Positions 10,091 to 20,446 are shown, numbered from the stretch's first letter. The stretch: DNA of 64,000 nucleotides from Roseibacillus sp. (GCA_051251855.1 JBPOGI010000007.1:64001-128000); one strand, 5' to 3'. The notes: generated by a model from the letters alone, not told the origin. Made by a program: numbers and translations.

Positions 10091-11896
10091 ATGAAATATC
10101 TCAATCTTCTCCTACTCACCTTCTTCCTCGCCGTGGCTTCCCTTGCCCAAGGAAGAACCGAACTCCAAAACACCCCTAGCGGCTGGCAAATGACTGTGGA
10201 TGGCGAGCCCTTCTACGTCAAAGGCTTCACCTGGTCCCACACCCCCGTCGGAATGAAATACGATTACAACCTCTTCGCGGAAGAAGAGCCCGTCATCAAG
10301 GCCGCCCTCAAGCGTGACCTCACCCTCATTCGCGATGCTGGAGGGAACACTCTCCGCCATATTTATCCTCCTGTCTGGATGAAATACATGCACGAAACTT
10401 ACGGCATGCACTTCATCGCCAACGACTACTGCGGCCGCTACGGCCTCACCATCGACGGCAAGTTCATCGCCAACACCGACTACTCCGATCCCAAGACGCG
10501 CGAGTTCATCAAGCAAACTTGGCGCGACCTCGTCACCAAGAACAAAGATGTCCCCGGCCTCCTCGCCTACGCCCTTGGCAACGAAAACAACTACGGTCTC
10601 GAGTGGATCTCAGCCGCAGTGGAAAACCTTCCCGAAGGCGAGCGCCAAACCGCCAAAGCACGCCACCTCTACTCCCTATTCAACGAAATCGCTCTCGAGG
10701 TCAAAGCCCTCGACCCCGACCACCCCGTCGGCATCGTCAATGGCGACCTGCAATACCTCGACCTCATCGCCGAACTCTGTCCCGACATCGACTTCCTCGG
10801 CGTCAACGCCTATCGCGGCGAAACCTTCTCCGACCTCTTCACCAAGGTCAAAGCCACCCTCAACAAGCCCGTCATCCTCATGGAAACCGGATGCGACGCC
10901 TACCACGCCGTGAAAGAGAAAGAAGAACAAACCTCTCAAGCGCTCATGGTGCACGACAACTGGATCGACCTCTACCGCAACACCCTGATGAACGGCGGTA
11001 GCGGCAACTGCCTGGGTGGACTTCACTTTCAATGGGCCGACGAGTGGTGGAAGCACGGTCAAGAATACGGCCTCAACGACCACGACACCACCGGCAGCTG
11101 GCACCACGCCGAATACACTCACGACGCCGCCGCCAAACAGAACATGAACGAAGAATGGTTCGGCGTCTGCGCCATCAGCGACCGAGCTCTCAATGGCGTT
11201 CACCTCATCCGCCCTCGCGCCTCCTACTTCGCCCTCAAAGACCTTTGGAAACAAAACCCCTACACTATTGGAACCAAAAAACTGCAAGCACTCACCTTCA
11301 ACGCACCCGCCGCCACCCAGCAAGCCAACGCAGCCACAAAAGAATTCGAAAGCCAACTCTCCAGCGCCGAGACACCCTACCATCAATCCCCCAACGCCAA
11401 GCTCCCCGCCCCCATCTACCTCGAAGGCAACACCGAAGCCTTCTGGGCCGCCTCCGGAGTGATGCCCGAGAAAAGCTTTCTCACCGTCAACCCGAACAGC
11501 ACCGAGAACCCACACTCCGGCGAAACCTGCCTCGAGTTCCGATACACCTCCGGCGGCGACTGGTCCGGCCTGCAATTTCAACACCCCGCTGGCGACTGGG
11601 AGAACAACAGCCCCGGCGGATACAATCTCAACGGAGCCACCACCCTCAAGCTCTGGGCCCGCGGCCACCAAGGCGGGGAAAAGCTCGCCCTCAGTATGGG
11701 CGGAGGCCTCACCGGGCTCTACCCCAACACCTGCCAAGCCGACCTCGGCACCATCGAGCTCACCACCAAGTGGAAACAATTCACCTTCCCCCTCGAAGGC
11801 AAAGACCTGCGCCGCATCAAGAACCCCCTCACCATCGTCCTCAGCGGCACCGGCTTCCCCTACCGCGCCTACCTCGACGACATCGTCTTCGAGTAA
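10091..11896 (+). CDS. Secreted clan GH-A glycoside hydrolase (GH2-TIM-barrel-like) with C-terminal CBM-like domain
   Basis: Signal peptide; VDGEPFYVKG, LGNENNY (acid/base), ILMETG (nucleophile), FQWADEWWK; C-terminal NPHSG...LKLWARG...YLDDIVFE. Confidence 0.8.
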   Translation: MKYLNLLLLTFFLAVASLAQGRTELQNTPSGWQMTVDGEPFYVKGFTWSHTPVGMKYDYNLFAEEEPVIKAALKRDLTLIRDAGGNTLRHIYPPVWMKYMHETYGMHFIANDYCGRYGLTIDGKFIANTDYSDPKTREFIKQTWRDLVTKNKDVPGLLAYALGNENNYGLEWISAAVENLPEGERQTAKARHLYSLFNEIALEVKALDPDHPVGIVNGDLQYLDLIAELCPDIDFLGVNAYRGETFSDLFTKVKATLNKPVILMETGCDAYHAVKEKEEQTSQALMVHDNWIDLYRNTLMNGGSGNCLGGLHFQWADEWWKHGQEYGLNDHDTTGSWHHAEYTHDAAAKQNMNEEWFGVCAISDRALNGVHLIRPRASYFALKDLWKQNPYTIGTKKLQALTFNAPAATQQANAATKEFESQLSSAETPYHQSPNAKLPAPIYLEGNTEAFWAASGVMPEKSFLTVNPNSTENPHSGETCLEFRYTSGGDWSGLQFQHPAGDWENNSPGGYNLNGATTLKLWARGHQGGEKLALSMGGGLTGLYPNTCQADLGTIELTTKWKQFTFPLEGKDLRRIKNPLTIVLSGTGFPYRAYLDDIVFE

Positions 11897-11911
11897 GATT
11901 GAAGGCAAGCT

Positions 11912-12988
11912 TTAGCCTCTTTTAGCTCGCACCTTTCGAGCACCCTTCTTCATCACTTGTGGAAGAAACGGCGAAGTCATCGCCCTCAGTAGAGCACTAT
12001 AATCGAGACCAAAGGACACCTCAGACCCCACTTTTAGCAGCCGACAATCGCCACTCACCTCAACGACGAGATGGTCGCTACTAGCTGCTAGAATCTTCAT
12101 CCCTCGCGGCGGAGTCAATCCATCCGGATCCACATCCTGCCTCCCTATCGCCAGAATCGCTTGTCGAATCGAACCTCGATTAAGACTGGAAATCACCTCC
12201 CCAAAAGCACTTTGCGCAATCTCACCCCACGGTTGTGAAGGCTTATTTTTCAACTCAATCACTTCCGCCACTAGGGTAATCGCCGAAGTATGGAGCCCCT
12301 TAATCACTGTGCGATGCAGAGGCTCACACCCCAAAAGCAGCGCCTCTCCCAAACGGAGATTATTCACCCGCCCCACCTTTTCGCCACTCAGTGCCCAATC
12401 CAGATTCGCCGAATTCCCTCCCGAAACCGTATGAACTATGGGCCCAAAGGCATCGTCTATCGAGTCTGCCAGCGCCGAAAGCTGTGCCATATTTTTGCCA
12501 TCGGGCGAGACCCCGCTCCGGCACGCCAGATTCGCCCCAATCCCCATAAAGGCCACATTCGAGAACCCCAAGACTTGCCGCACCACTCTTTCCAAGTTCA
12601 CCGGCATAATTCCCTCTCGAAGGTCACCTAGCTCCACCATCAGAACTACCCCATGAATACAATCGATTCTCTTCGCCGCCTCTGACAGCTTACGAATCAC
12701 CTCAATCTCCGTATTCAAGCTCACATTCGTCAGCGCCACTACTTGCTCCACCTGACTCAACATCGGAGTGCGAATCAAAGTCATCGCCGCAGGCGTCTTG
12801 GCGGCCCTCATCCTCTGAATATTTTCGATCCGCGAGTCCCCCATGCCTCCGACTCCTGCCCGCAACCAAGTGCGCGCAATCTCAGGCGCGCCCAAGGTCG
12901 CCTTCGTCACACCCGTCACCGAAATCCCACGCTTGCGCAGGCGCGACACCAAGGTCAAAGCATTGTGATAAATCTTGTCGAGGTCCAC
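11912..12988 (-). CDS. Alanine/ornithine racemase family PLP-dependent enzyme
   Basis: GVTKA (PLP Lys), DSRIENI, MVELGDLREG, SGGNSA, NLRLGE, ASSDH; conserved-looking APRLE lies just upstream of the GTG start. Confidence 0.85.
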   Translation of the reverse strand: MDLDKIYHNALTLVSRLRKRGISVTGVTKATLGAPEIARTWLRAGVGGMGDSRIENIQRMRAAKTPAAMTLIRTPMLSQVEQVVALTNVSLNTEIEVIRKLSEAAKRIDCIHGVVLMVELGDLREGIMPVNLERVVRQVLGFSNVAFMGIGANLACRSGVSPDGKNMAQLSALADSIDDAFGPIVHTVSGGNSANLDWALSGEKVGRVNNLRLGEALLLGCEPLHRTVIKGLHTSAITLVAEVIELKNKPSQPWGEIAQSAFGEVISSLNRGSIRQAILAIGRQDVDPDGLTPPRGMKILAASSDHLVVEVSGDCRLLKVGSEVSFGLDYSALLRAMTSPFLPQVMKKGARKVRAKRG

Positions 12989-13014
12989 CTCAAGACGCGG
13001 AGCCGGCTGACGCT

Positions 13015-14199
13015 TTAAGTCGATACGGCGCCCCCGATCTGCGGGAAGGCGTTCATCACCATATCAACCAAACGCTCAGGAGAACGAGTCAACGCGTCGG
13101 TGGAGGGAATTCCAAATTCCTTCTCATATCCCTCAATCGCGTCCGTCACCTCACCATCGGTCATATTCTCATGATTGATGGTGAGCCCAATCACCTTCGT
13201 CTTTGCAAACAACTCAATGAGCTCAATTTCCGAATTCGGAGTCGGCATCGCCATGCCATCAAAATCGCAGCGATACTTCCGGCCCGGAGCATGTTGGAGA
13301 ATCACTCCCTGCGGACAACTCCCTCGTAGAATAAAGCTCGAAGTCGAATAGGCTGGGTGACTCAACGAACCTTGTCCTTCAATCAAAATGACATCGGGAC
13401 TCTCCTTTTCAAACGCTTCCACAATGGTGGCCTCCAATTCCCCCGCACAAAATTGCGACGGCACCGCATCCAGCGCCAAGCCATAGCGCGCCCCTTGAAT
13501 CAAGCCCGTCTGGCCCGTGCCAATGAGCACCGTCTTGAAACCACGATCCCTCAAAGCCGCGGCCAAGACCGTTGCCGTGGTTCGTTTCCCGATCGCGCAA
13601 TCTGTTCCCAGCACCGCAATCCGCGGGCAAGTCACTTTCGAAATCCCCCCACTAAACACCCGCAAATCCTTCTTATCGCGTGGCCTCCGCACATCACGAA
13701 TCACCACCCCGTGCTTTTCGGCAGCTTCCGCAAACTCAGGGTCATCATTGAGAAACTCATGAAGTCCATTCACAATGTTAATGCCATACGCAATCGCCCG
13801 CAGCAACACTCTCCGCTCTGCCTTCGAAAGCAACCCACTCGCCGGCGCGATTCCAAAAATCAAATGGTCTGGCGCACCACCCGCTTGCGCCAAAGCCGTC
13901 CCGAGGTCTCGATAGATCGCAATCCCGTTTTTCTTACCATCAAGGACTTCCCCCGCATCCTCTTCCGCCTTTTCGCTATCGATGATCGAAAGAATTTTAT
14001 ATTTCTCCGAATGCCGAACGAGACCATTCGCCGTCTTGCCGTCAATTCCACCAAAGTTCCCCTCACAGTAAACAATCGCGGTCTCCTGTGGAATGGCTTT
14101 CGAAACCGTAGGTTTGAAGCCCTCCTTGGGAGCAGCAGAAGAAGAGTCCATCGTTTCAAAGAAACCCGATGAAGACGGTCGTTTATTTTTAGTCGGCAT
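13015..14199 (-). CDS. DUF1611 (DgcN-like) protein
   Basis: GKTANGLVR, NGLHEFL, GTDCAIGKRTT, GTGQTG, IEGQGSLSHP; start taken at ATG 14199. Confidence 0.85.
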   Translation of the reverse strand: MPTKNKRPSSSGFFETMDSSSAAPKEGFKPTVSKAIPQETAIVYCEGNFGGIDGKTANGLVRHSEKYKILSIIDSEKAEEDAGEVLDGKKNGIAIYRDLGTALAQAGGAPDHLIFGIAPASGLLSKAERRVLLRAIAYGINIVNGLHEFLNDDPEFAEAAEKHGVVIRDVRRPRDKKDLRVFSGGISKVTCPRIAVLGTDCAIGKRTTATVLAAALRDRGFKTVLIGTGQTGLIQGARYGLALDAVPSQFCAGELEATIVEAFEKESPDVILIEGQGSLSHPAYSTSSFILRGSCPQGVILQHAPGRKYRCDFDGMAMPTPNSEIELIELFAKTKVIGLTINHENMTDGEVTDAIEGYEKEFGIPSTDALTRSPERLVDMVMNAFPQIGGAVST

Positions 14200-14568
14200 A
14201 GCAGTTTCACAAGCGAGCCTTGAAAGAAGCACCCCAACCTCAACCGCCAGAAGCAGCTGAAAATCAGCAAGTCGCACCCATCAAGAAAAGCAAGTAACCC
14301 AGCCTTGTAACACGGTTCTTCGCAGAAGATAGCATTACTTGGTCTTCTATCAGAACGAGACCCAAAAGTGATTGCGCAGAGATGATTCATTGAATGCTCC
14401 AGATTCTCTGTTTCTTGTGACTTCCATTGTGATCTCAGCACAACTACTTGAAATCACAGTCAAACAATTCCTCTTCCTTCGAGGTCCTCTCTATTGCTAG
14501 TAAATCCATCACCTCGTAAATCTTCTGGAAAAGGGGAAGGACACTCTCTATTTCTTCAGTGCAGTGTT

Positions 14569-17500
14569 ATGTTCTCTCATTTAAAAGCGTATCTTAGAAT
14601 ATTTTTCTTTTCATGGCTCACAGTCTTTGAACTCCATGCACAATTCGTCGTCACAAATACTGATGATAGTGGTGCCGGTTCTCTTCGCGCGGCCATCGCC
14701 TCAGGGAACAAGACGGTCACCTTTGATGAATCCTTGAATGGGACTGTCATTACGGTGCAATCGCCGCTTGTCCTCGATAATGAGATTACGATTACGGCTT
14801 CTTCTTTGCCTGATGGAATCCGCTTGAGTGGCAGTGGAGTGGGTCGAATTTTAGAAATCACTACCCTCTCTCCCTGCAACCTTCGGGGTCTGACTTTAGA
14901 ACAGGGTTTCAGCACTTCTGGAGCAGGGGCGGTCTTATGCGGGAGTGGAACCGTACCTTTCTTTGTGAATTGTATTTTCACAAATAATAGCACCTTGCAA
15001 TCGGGTGGCGCTGTTTATTGCGCTCAAGCGACTCCGACTTTTGAAAACTGCATCTTCCTTGGAAATAGCGCGGGCTCGACAGGCGGAGGTCTTACCAACC
15101 AAGACTCGGTTGTCACTTTGCGTAACTGCACCTTGACCCAAAACTCGAGCATCAATGGTGCCGCTGCGATTCATTCCACCACTGGGGGAAGCTCGATTAC
15201 GACCCTGAGAAATACCATTGTCTGGGATAATTCCGTGGGCGGTAACAGCTCGAATGCCAACGCTTCCATCAGCTTCGGAGGCGGAAATGTCGCTCGATTC
15301 CAATCTTCCATGCTGGCTAATTACAATGCGACAACGTTGGACAACAGCAATGTCGCATCAGGGAGCAACTTCTCTTCCGTCGATCCTCAGTTTCGATTGG
15401 AGACCTCGGACGATCTCCGTCTACTCCAGACTTCTCCCCTTCTCAATGGCGGAAACAATGCATGGGTGGACACGACAGGCCTCGACGTTTACAAACTGCC
15501 CAGACTCGTTGGCACTAATGTGGACCTTGGCGCAGCGGAAGCCCGTCGGCTCATCTACGTCGACATCGCCACCAATGGAGGGGAAACGGGCGACTCCTGG
15601 GCCGATGCCTTCACCTCTCTGCAAGAAGCGCTCTTCGACCAAAACGGCTCCGAAGCATTGGAAGTCTGGGTCGCGGAGGGCGTCTACTTGTCAAGCGACG
15701 GAGTCCCCAGCAACGCTCCTAACATCTTTACCATCACTGAGCATATTTCGATCTACGGGGGCTTCCCCTCAGGAGGAGGTGACGGCACTTTTGAAGAAAG
15801 AAACAACAAGCGGACCCCGAGCATTCTGACACGGGTCTTGAGTGCTGCAGAGCAAGCCGACCCATTTATTAGCAACGAATTTCGAGATCCCGATGTGATC
15901 GATATGGACGCTGAGAATGCTCCCGCAATTCTTGATGGCTTCACCATCACCGGCGGAAGATCAGAATGCTCGGGAGAGTGTATTGTGAGGAATTGCCATT
16001 TCACGGAGACAAAAGGGGTTGGTCTATTCGTCCTTCCCAACTATTCCCCGCCGCCTCCGGTGCTGATCGAAGATTGTGAATTCACCAAAATCGAGAGTAG
16101 AGGTTTGCCGAATGATCTAGGAGGCTTAGGTTCACCATTGGTTGGAGGCGCGCTCCGCATTCAAGAATTCAATCAGCAAGAAGCCTTCTCGATGGTCGTG
16201 AGACGTTGTTCATTCCGAGGAAACCTCTCTCGAACAGGCTCTCCCGGCATCAGCACGAGAATCACCTTCGATGAATCCCGCCTTGAAATTGAAGGCTGCG
16301 AGTTCACCGGAAACGTCGGCATTACCACCCCCAGTGCCATTGAATCGATTGGCTTTCATCAACTCTCCATCAGGAACTCAACTTTCCACGGGAATTCATC
16401 GGTCGCGGAAGAGGGTTCCCTTTTTCGACAAGAAGTGATCGTGGCCTCTCCTCCCTTTGGCCAGTCCCTCTTGTCCCGTGTTTCTCTCGCAGGATGCGTT
16501 GTTTCAGGAAATAACTTTCCCGGTAATATCTCGGTCTTCTACAAGCTGGATGGCGACCCTCAGAACATTCATATTGCAAATATGATTGAGGGGCTCTCCG
16601 CCTCATTTTTAAACAACCTCAGCATTTTCAATTCCGGTAATATTGATGAATCAGATCCGTTGTTCTTCCATCCCATCACTCCCGGAGACAGCCCCCAACT
16701 CACTGCCGATGTCCGTATCGCAGCCACCTCTCCCCTTCTCGACGGCTTAGCCTCCAACCCCAATAAGTTTGATCGCCAAGGCAACCCTCGGAATATCAAT
16801 GGCTCGCAAGACATCGGCGCCTACGAAGGGGGTAACATCATTCACGTGGATGCGGCAAGAGCTGGAGGAGATGGCTCAGGTTGGACTCAAGCGATGGTAG
16901 ACCTGCAGGATGCGCTAGACCTCGCCGAGACGCGGAGCGCTACGATTCCGGCCCAAGAAATCTGGGTAGCAGCGGGTGAATACCTTCCCGACGAAGGCTC
17001 TAGCCAGACGAACAACTTGAGAGACTCTACCTTCCATCTTCTTTCAGGAGTGAGGCTCCAAGGAGGCTACCCGAGCTTGGAATCAGGACTCCCTGCCGAC
17101 CGAGATTTCGTCGCCAATCGGACCACCCTTTCCGGAGATATCGATGGGGACGGATTGCTGGATGACAATTGCTATCACGTCGTCACCGCAACTGATACCG
17201 ACTGTTTGGCCAGCCTTGATGGCTTCACGGTGACGGGAGGAAATGCCAACTCGAGCTCAACTCGCGGACAAGGGGCTGGGTTATACATTGCGCAAAATGG
17301 AAGAGCTCACTTCGAAAGTTGTCAGTTTTTGGGGAACTCCGCTCGCTTTGGAGGCGGAGCCTTTGTGACTGCAGGCTCCTTTCCATCCTTCACCTCCTGT
17401 CTTTTTTCGGGGAATGCCGCGAGTAATGATGGAGGCGCTCTTGTCAGCGTCAGCAGCTCACTACCCGTCCTGACAAACTGCACTTTACAAGGAAACACCG

Positions 17501-20148
17501 CTCAAAGAGGAGGCGCACTCGCTCTCTTGTTAGGCTCGGTAGAGCTTTGCAATACCATCATCTGGAACAACGCCGCCGCCGATGATTCCCTGACGACAAA
17601 CGCTTCGCTCTTCATGATGCCAGGGGGAGAGGAACCGACATTTTCTCATTCGCTCATCGCGAATTGGAGCAAAAGCAGCCTCGACTCATCAGGAGGAAGT
17701 CCAGCTACCAACTTGGAGCCCGTTGACCCGTCGCTCCAAGCCTTAGTCGATCTCGGCGAAGTGCCAACTGACACGGGTGACTCTCGGTTGACCCTTTCTT
17801 CTCCACTCTTTAATCTCGGAAAGGTCTTTAGCGATCAGCCATTACTCGACGCCAACGGTCAGCCCCGCTTCCGGAATGGCACTCCTGAGCTTGGAGCCTT
17901 CGAGCAAGACTTCATCCTCATCTATGTCGACGATACCGCAGTTGCGGGTGCTAATAACGGCACGAGTTGGGAGAACGCCTACCTGTCCTTAGACAATGCC
18001 ATTGGGACTTCGCAGCAGAACCTAGAGGGACGTATTTTCTATCTCGTGGCTGAAGGGCAATACTCCGGAGGAGGCGGCCACAATCGAGAGAGTAGTGTCT
18101 TTGGTGGCTTCCCCAATGGCGGCAGTATCTTCACCGCTCGCTCACCTGAGGACTTCGAGACGATTATCAACTCTCGCTACCAAGTGAGCGCCGTGAATAG
18201 TTCGCCGTCAGTCACCCTTGATGGGTTGATTTTTGAAGACGAGAGGGTCAGCGCTGTTGCAACAGACTTAACCCTTAAAGACTGCACCTTTCGAGCGACT
18301 AGCCTAGCTGCATTCTCTCAGGATGAGCCAGGAGTAGACGGACAAGACTCAAACATCTCAATAAACGGTTGCCAATTTCTCAGTGAATTTGGAGCGACTC
18401 GGGTAGACCTTTCCAACCTCCCCGGTTCGAACGCTAGCTACCGCCTGACAATGAGCGACACTTTCTTTCAGCGCCCTTCGCTCAGAACTTCTGGTTCTAT
18501 TGCTTCCATTGACGTGTTAAATACGCGCTTTCAAGAGCAGGGAACTCCTATCAATTCTTTCCCAGGTATCGGCTTATTCTCCGATCTGGCGAGTTGTCTC
18601 ACCTCATTCATTGATTGCGCCTTCGATGCTCCTGGAGGCCTCACCTTGGCACCAGGAACTCTCACTATTCAGGATTCTGAATTTATCGACACCAGCTTTA
18701 CTCACAGCGGAAGTTCGACCATCACAAGCTCGTCCTTCGAAACCACCAATCCATCCATTCAACAATTCGTGTTCATCTCTCTCGGAGATACAGCCATTGG
18801 TGAGATCAAGGATTGTGAGTTCACGGTTCCACTGAGTCTCAGTATCGGGGCAGCCTCCTCGTCAAATCACGGCATCACGAACACCTCCTTCTCAGATATC
18901 ACAGAAACCGCCCTAACCATTCTCAATGGGACTGAGGATGAGGCCGCTGTCACTCTCGATAGCTGTGACTTTACAAACAACTCATCCGATCGAGGAGGTG
19001 CTCTGAGTGCCAATGGAGTGACCGCGGAAAATTGTCGTTTTCGTGCCAATGAAGCGGCTTCCTTTGGGGGTGCCGTGCACTTAACTGGCGGTGAAAGCGT
19101 CTTTACCTCCTGCCAATTTTCTGGGAATTCAGTGTCCCAGATTTCTACAAGCGGGCTGGGTGGTGGTGGCGCCTTCCGTGCACTTAATGCTGATGCTACT
19201 TTTACAAACTGCATCTTCTCTGGCAACGAATCGAATCACCCCAATCGCCAAGGCGGAGTCATGCGAACCGATGGCACCGGGAGCTTTGCTTTTATCAATT
19301 GCCTCTTTCAAGGCAACTCAGGCTTCTCGGCTGGGGCCATTTATCAGGATGACGACGGAGTCAATTTCCAGTTTAGTAACTGCGTTTCCTGGGAAAATTT
19401 CACCTTGGACGTTCCCGGAGGAGTTAATTCTCCACCGACGCCTGCAGACCCTCAGAGTTATTTTTATGGCTTTAGCCCGAACGTGGATCCCGACTTGGAA
19501 TTCTTGCACTGCATGATCGAACATTTCGATGGCAGCGAATTAGATTCTTTCCCGAACTCCAGCAACAACCTCAAGCCAAAGGATCCTCTTTTCGTGGGTT
19601 CCATTTTACCCGCAGCAGCCCCAACTACTGCAGGTAACTTTAGACTCACGCAAAACTCTCCCCTTTTGGATGTCGGCTTCAATGGCGCCAACTCGACCTC
19701 CGAAGACATTGCAGGCCTCGCTCGGGTATTCAATGGCATCATTGACATCGGCCCCTACGAGTTCGATCCCAACGCCCCCGTAAACGATTTCGCCAGCCTC
19801 TTCCCGGGCCTAGTTCCCAACGGGGACGCGAACCAAAATGGGCTCACTAACTTCGAGGATTACGCTTCGGGAGCCGATCCCACGCTACCCCACGATCCTG
19901 ACTTTCTACCCTGCTATCACTCCACCAGTGGCAACCTCACTTTCCGCTCTCGCAATGACGTGGTAGACTTCCTTCTCGTCCGCGAACAGTCGACAACTCT
20001 TCTCCAGGATTCGTGGGTTACCATGCAGGAGGGTGTTCACTATCAACTTATCAATGAGACTGATCTCGGTCTCTTCACTTCAGTAGAGATTCAGATTCTC
20101 TCGGCCGAGCCTAAGCTCTTCTTCCGACTGAATTACACCACTCCTTAG
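14569..20148 (+). CDS. Giant secreted parallel beta-helix repeat protein with four choice-of-anchor-Q-like modules
   Basis: Signal peptide then VVTNTDDSGAGSLRAAI; many FxxN/GGA(I/L/V) repeats; modules end DLGAAE, DIGAYE, ELGAFE, DIGPYE; C-terminal NGLTNFEDYASGADP...FFRL. Confidence 0.8.
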   Translation: MFSHLKAYLRIFFFSWLTVFELHAQFVVTNTDDSGAGSLRAAIASGNKTVTFDESLNGTVITVQSPLVLDNEITITASSLPDGIRLSGSGVGRILEITTLSPCNLRGLTLEQGFSTSGAGAVLCGSGTVPFFVNCIFTNNSTLQSGGAVYCAQATPTFENCIFLGNSAGSTGGGLTNQDSVVTLRNCTLTQNSSINGAAAIHSTTGGSSITTLRNTIVWDNSVGGNSSNANASISFGGGNVARFQSSMLANYNATTLDNSNVASGSNFSSVDPQFRLETSDDLRLLQTSPLLNGGNNAWVDTTGLDVYKLPRLVGTNVDLGAAEARRLIYVDIATNGGETGDSWADAFTSLQEALFDQNGSEALEVWVAEGVYLSSDGVPSNAPNIFTITEHISIYGGFPSGGGDGTFEERNNKRTPSILTRVLSAAEQADPFISNEFRDPDVIDMDAENAPAILDGFTITGGRSECSGECIVRNCHFTETKGVGLFVLPNYSPPPPVLIEDCEFTKIESRGLPNDLGGLGSPLVGGALRIQEFNQQEAFSMVVRRCSFRGNLSRTGSPGISTRITFDESRLEIEGCEFTGNVGITTPSAIESIGFHQLSIRNSTFHGNSSVAEEGSLFRQEVIVASPPFGQSLLSRVSLAGCVVSGNNFPGNISVFYKLDGDPQNIHIANMIEGLSASFLNNLSIFNSGNIDESDPLFFHPITPGDSPQLTADVRIAATSPLLDGLASNPNKFDRQGNPRNINGSQDIGAYEGGNIIHVDAARAGGDGSGWTQAMVDLQDALDLAETRSATIPAQEIWVAAGEYLPDEGSSQTNNLRDSTFHLLSGVRLQGGYPSLESGLPADRDFVANRTTLSGDIDGDGLLDDNCYHVVTATDTDCLASLDGFTVTGGNANSSSTRGQGAGLYIAQNGRAHFESCQFLGNSARFGGGAFVTAGSFPSFTSCLFSGNAASNDGGALVSVSSSLPVLTNCTLQGNTAQRGGALALLLGSVELCNTIIWNNAAADDSLTTNASLFMMPGGEEPTFSHSLIANWSKSSLDSSGGSPATNLEPVDPSLQALVDLGEVPTDTGDSRLTLSSPLFNLGKVFSDQPLLDANGQPRFRNGTPELGAFEQDFILIYVDDTAVAGANNGTSWENAYLSLDNAIGTSQQNLEGRIFYLVAEGQYSGGGGHNRESSVFGGFPNGGSIFTARSPEDFETIINSRYQVSAVNSSPSVTLDGLIFEDERVSAVATDLTLKDCTFRATSLAAFSQDEPGVDGQDSNISINGCQFLSEFGATRVDLSNLPGSNASYRLTMSDTFFQRPSLRTSGSIASIDVLNTRFQEQGTPINSFPGIGLFSDLASCLTSFIDCAFDAPGGLTLAPGTLTIQDSEFIDTSFTHSGSSTITSSSFETTNPSIQQFVFISLGDTAIGEIKDCEFTVPLSLSIGAASSSNHGITNTSFSDITETALTILNGTEDEAAVTLDSCDFTNNSSDRGGALSANGVTAENCRFRANEAASFGGAVHLTGGESVFTSCQFSGNSVSQISTSGLGGGGAFRALNADATFTNCIFSGNESNHPNRQGGVMRTDGTGSFAFINCLFQGNSGFSAGAIYQDDDGVNFQFSNCVSWENFTLDVPGGVNSPPTPADPQSYFYGFSPNVDPDLEFLHCMIEHFDGSELDSFPNSSNNLKPKDPLFVGSILPAAAPTTAGNFRLTQNSPLLDVGFNGANSTSEDIAGLARVFNGIIDIGPYEFDPNAPVNDFASLFPGLVPNGDANQNGLTNFEDYASGADPTLPHDPDFLPCYHSTSGNLTFRSRNDVVDFLLVREQSTTLLQDSWVTMQEGVHYQLINETDLGLFTSVEIQILSAEPKLFFRLNYTTP

Positions 20149-20210
20149 AAATCGTTCGGCCCTTCAATTTCGAGGGAGTACAAAATTCAAGACAACTCAC
20201 TGCCTATAAA

Positions 20211-20296
20211 TGGTACGCACGAGAGGACTCGAACCTCCACATCCAAAGGACACTGCCACCTGAAGACAGCGCGTCTACCAATTCCGCCACGTGCGC
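20211..20296 (-). tRNA. tRNA-Leu(CAG)
   Basis: GCGCACGTGGCGGAATTGGTAGACGCGCTGTCTT-CAG-GTGGCAGTG...GGTTCGAGTCCTCTCGTGCGTACCA; long variable arm, encoded CCA. Confidence 0.97.
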
Positions 20297-20446
20297 ACGT
20301 TGCTGGTAAGTGGCGACAAAATCATGATTGGGCGCGCAAATCAACCTGAAATCCACTCTGTCTGAAGAGATTTCTCAGAATCTCGCCTGTCGCACTTTTC
20401 TCTATCGATCCGTTCCCTTTCTCTTACCTTGGGCTACACAATTCTC

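Noticed and set aside
10676..11925. Long alternative-frame ORFs (410 aa minus, 297 aa plus) over the glycoside hydrolase, and similar ones at 1198-2124, 22220-23200, 40396-41247
   Set aside because: Shadow ORFs from biased codon usage; low-complexity translations with no motifs.
14200..14440. Possible riboswitch in the DUF1611 leader
   Set aside because: No recognisable aptamer consensus or terminator by eye; an Rfam/Infernal scan would be needed.
14478..14491. TTCGAGGTCCTCTC resembles the tRNA-Leu T-arm (TTCGAGTCCTCTC), a possible att remnant
   Set aside because: Short, gapped and in inverted orientation relative to the tRNA; an att duplicate should be a direct repeat.
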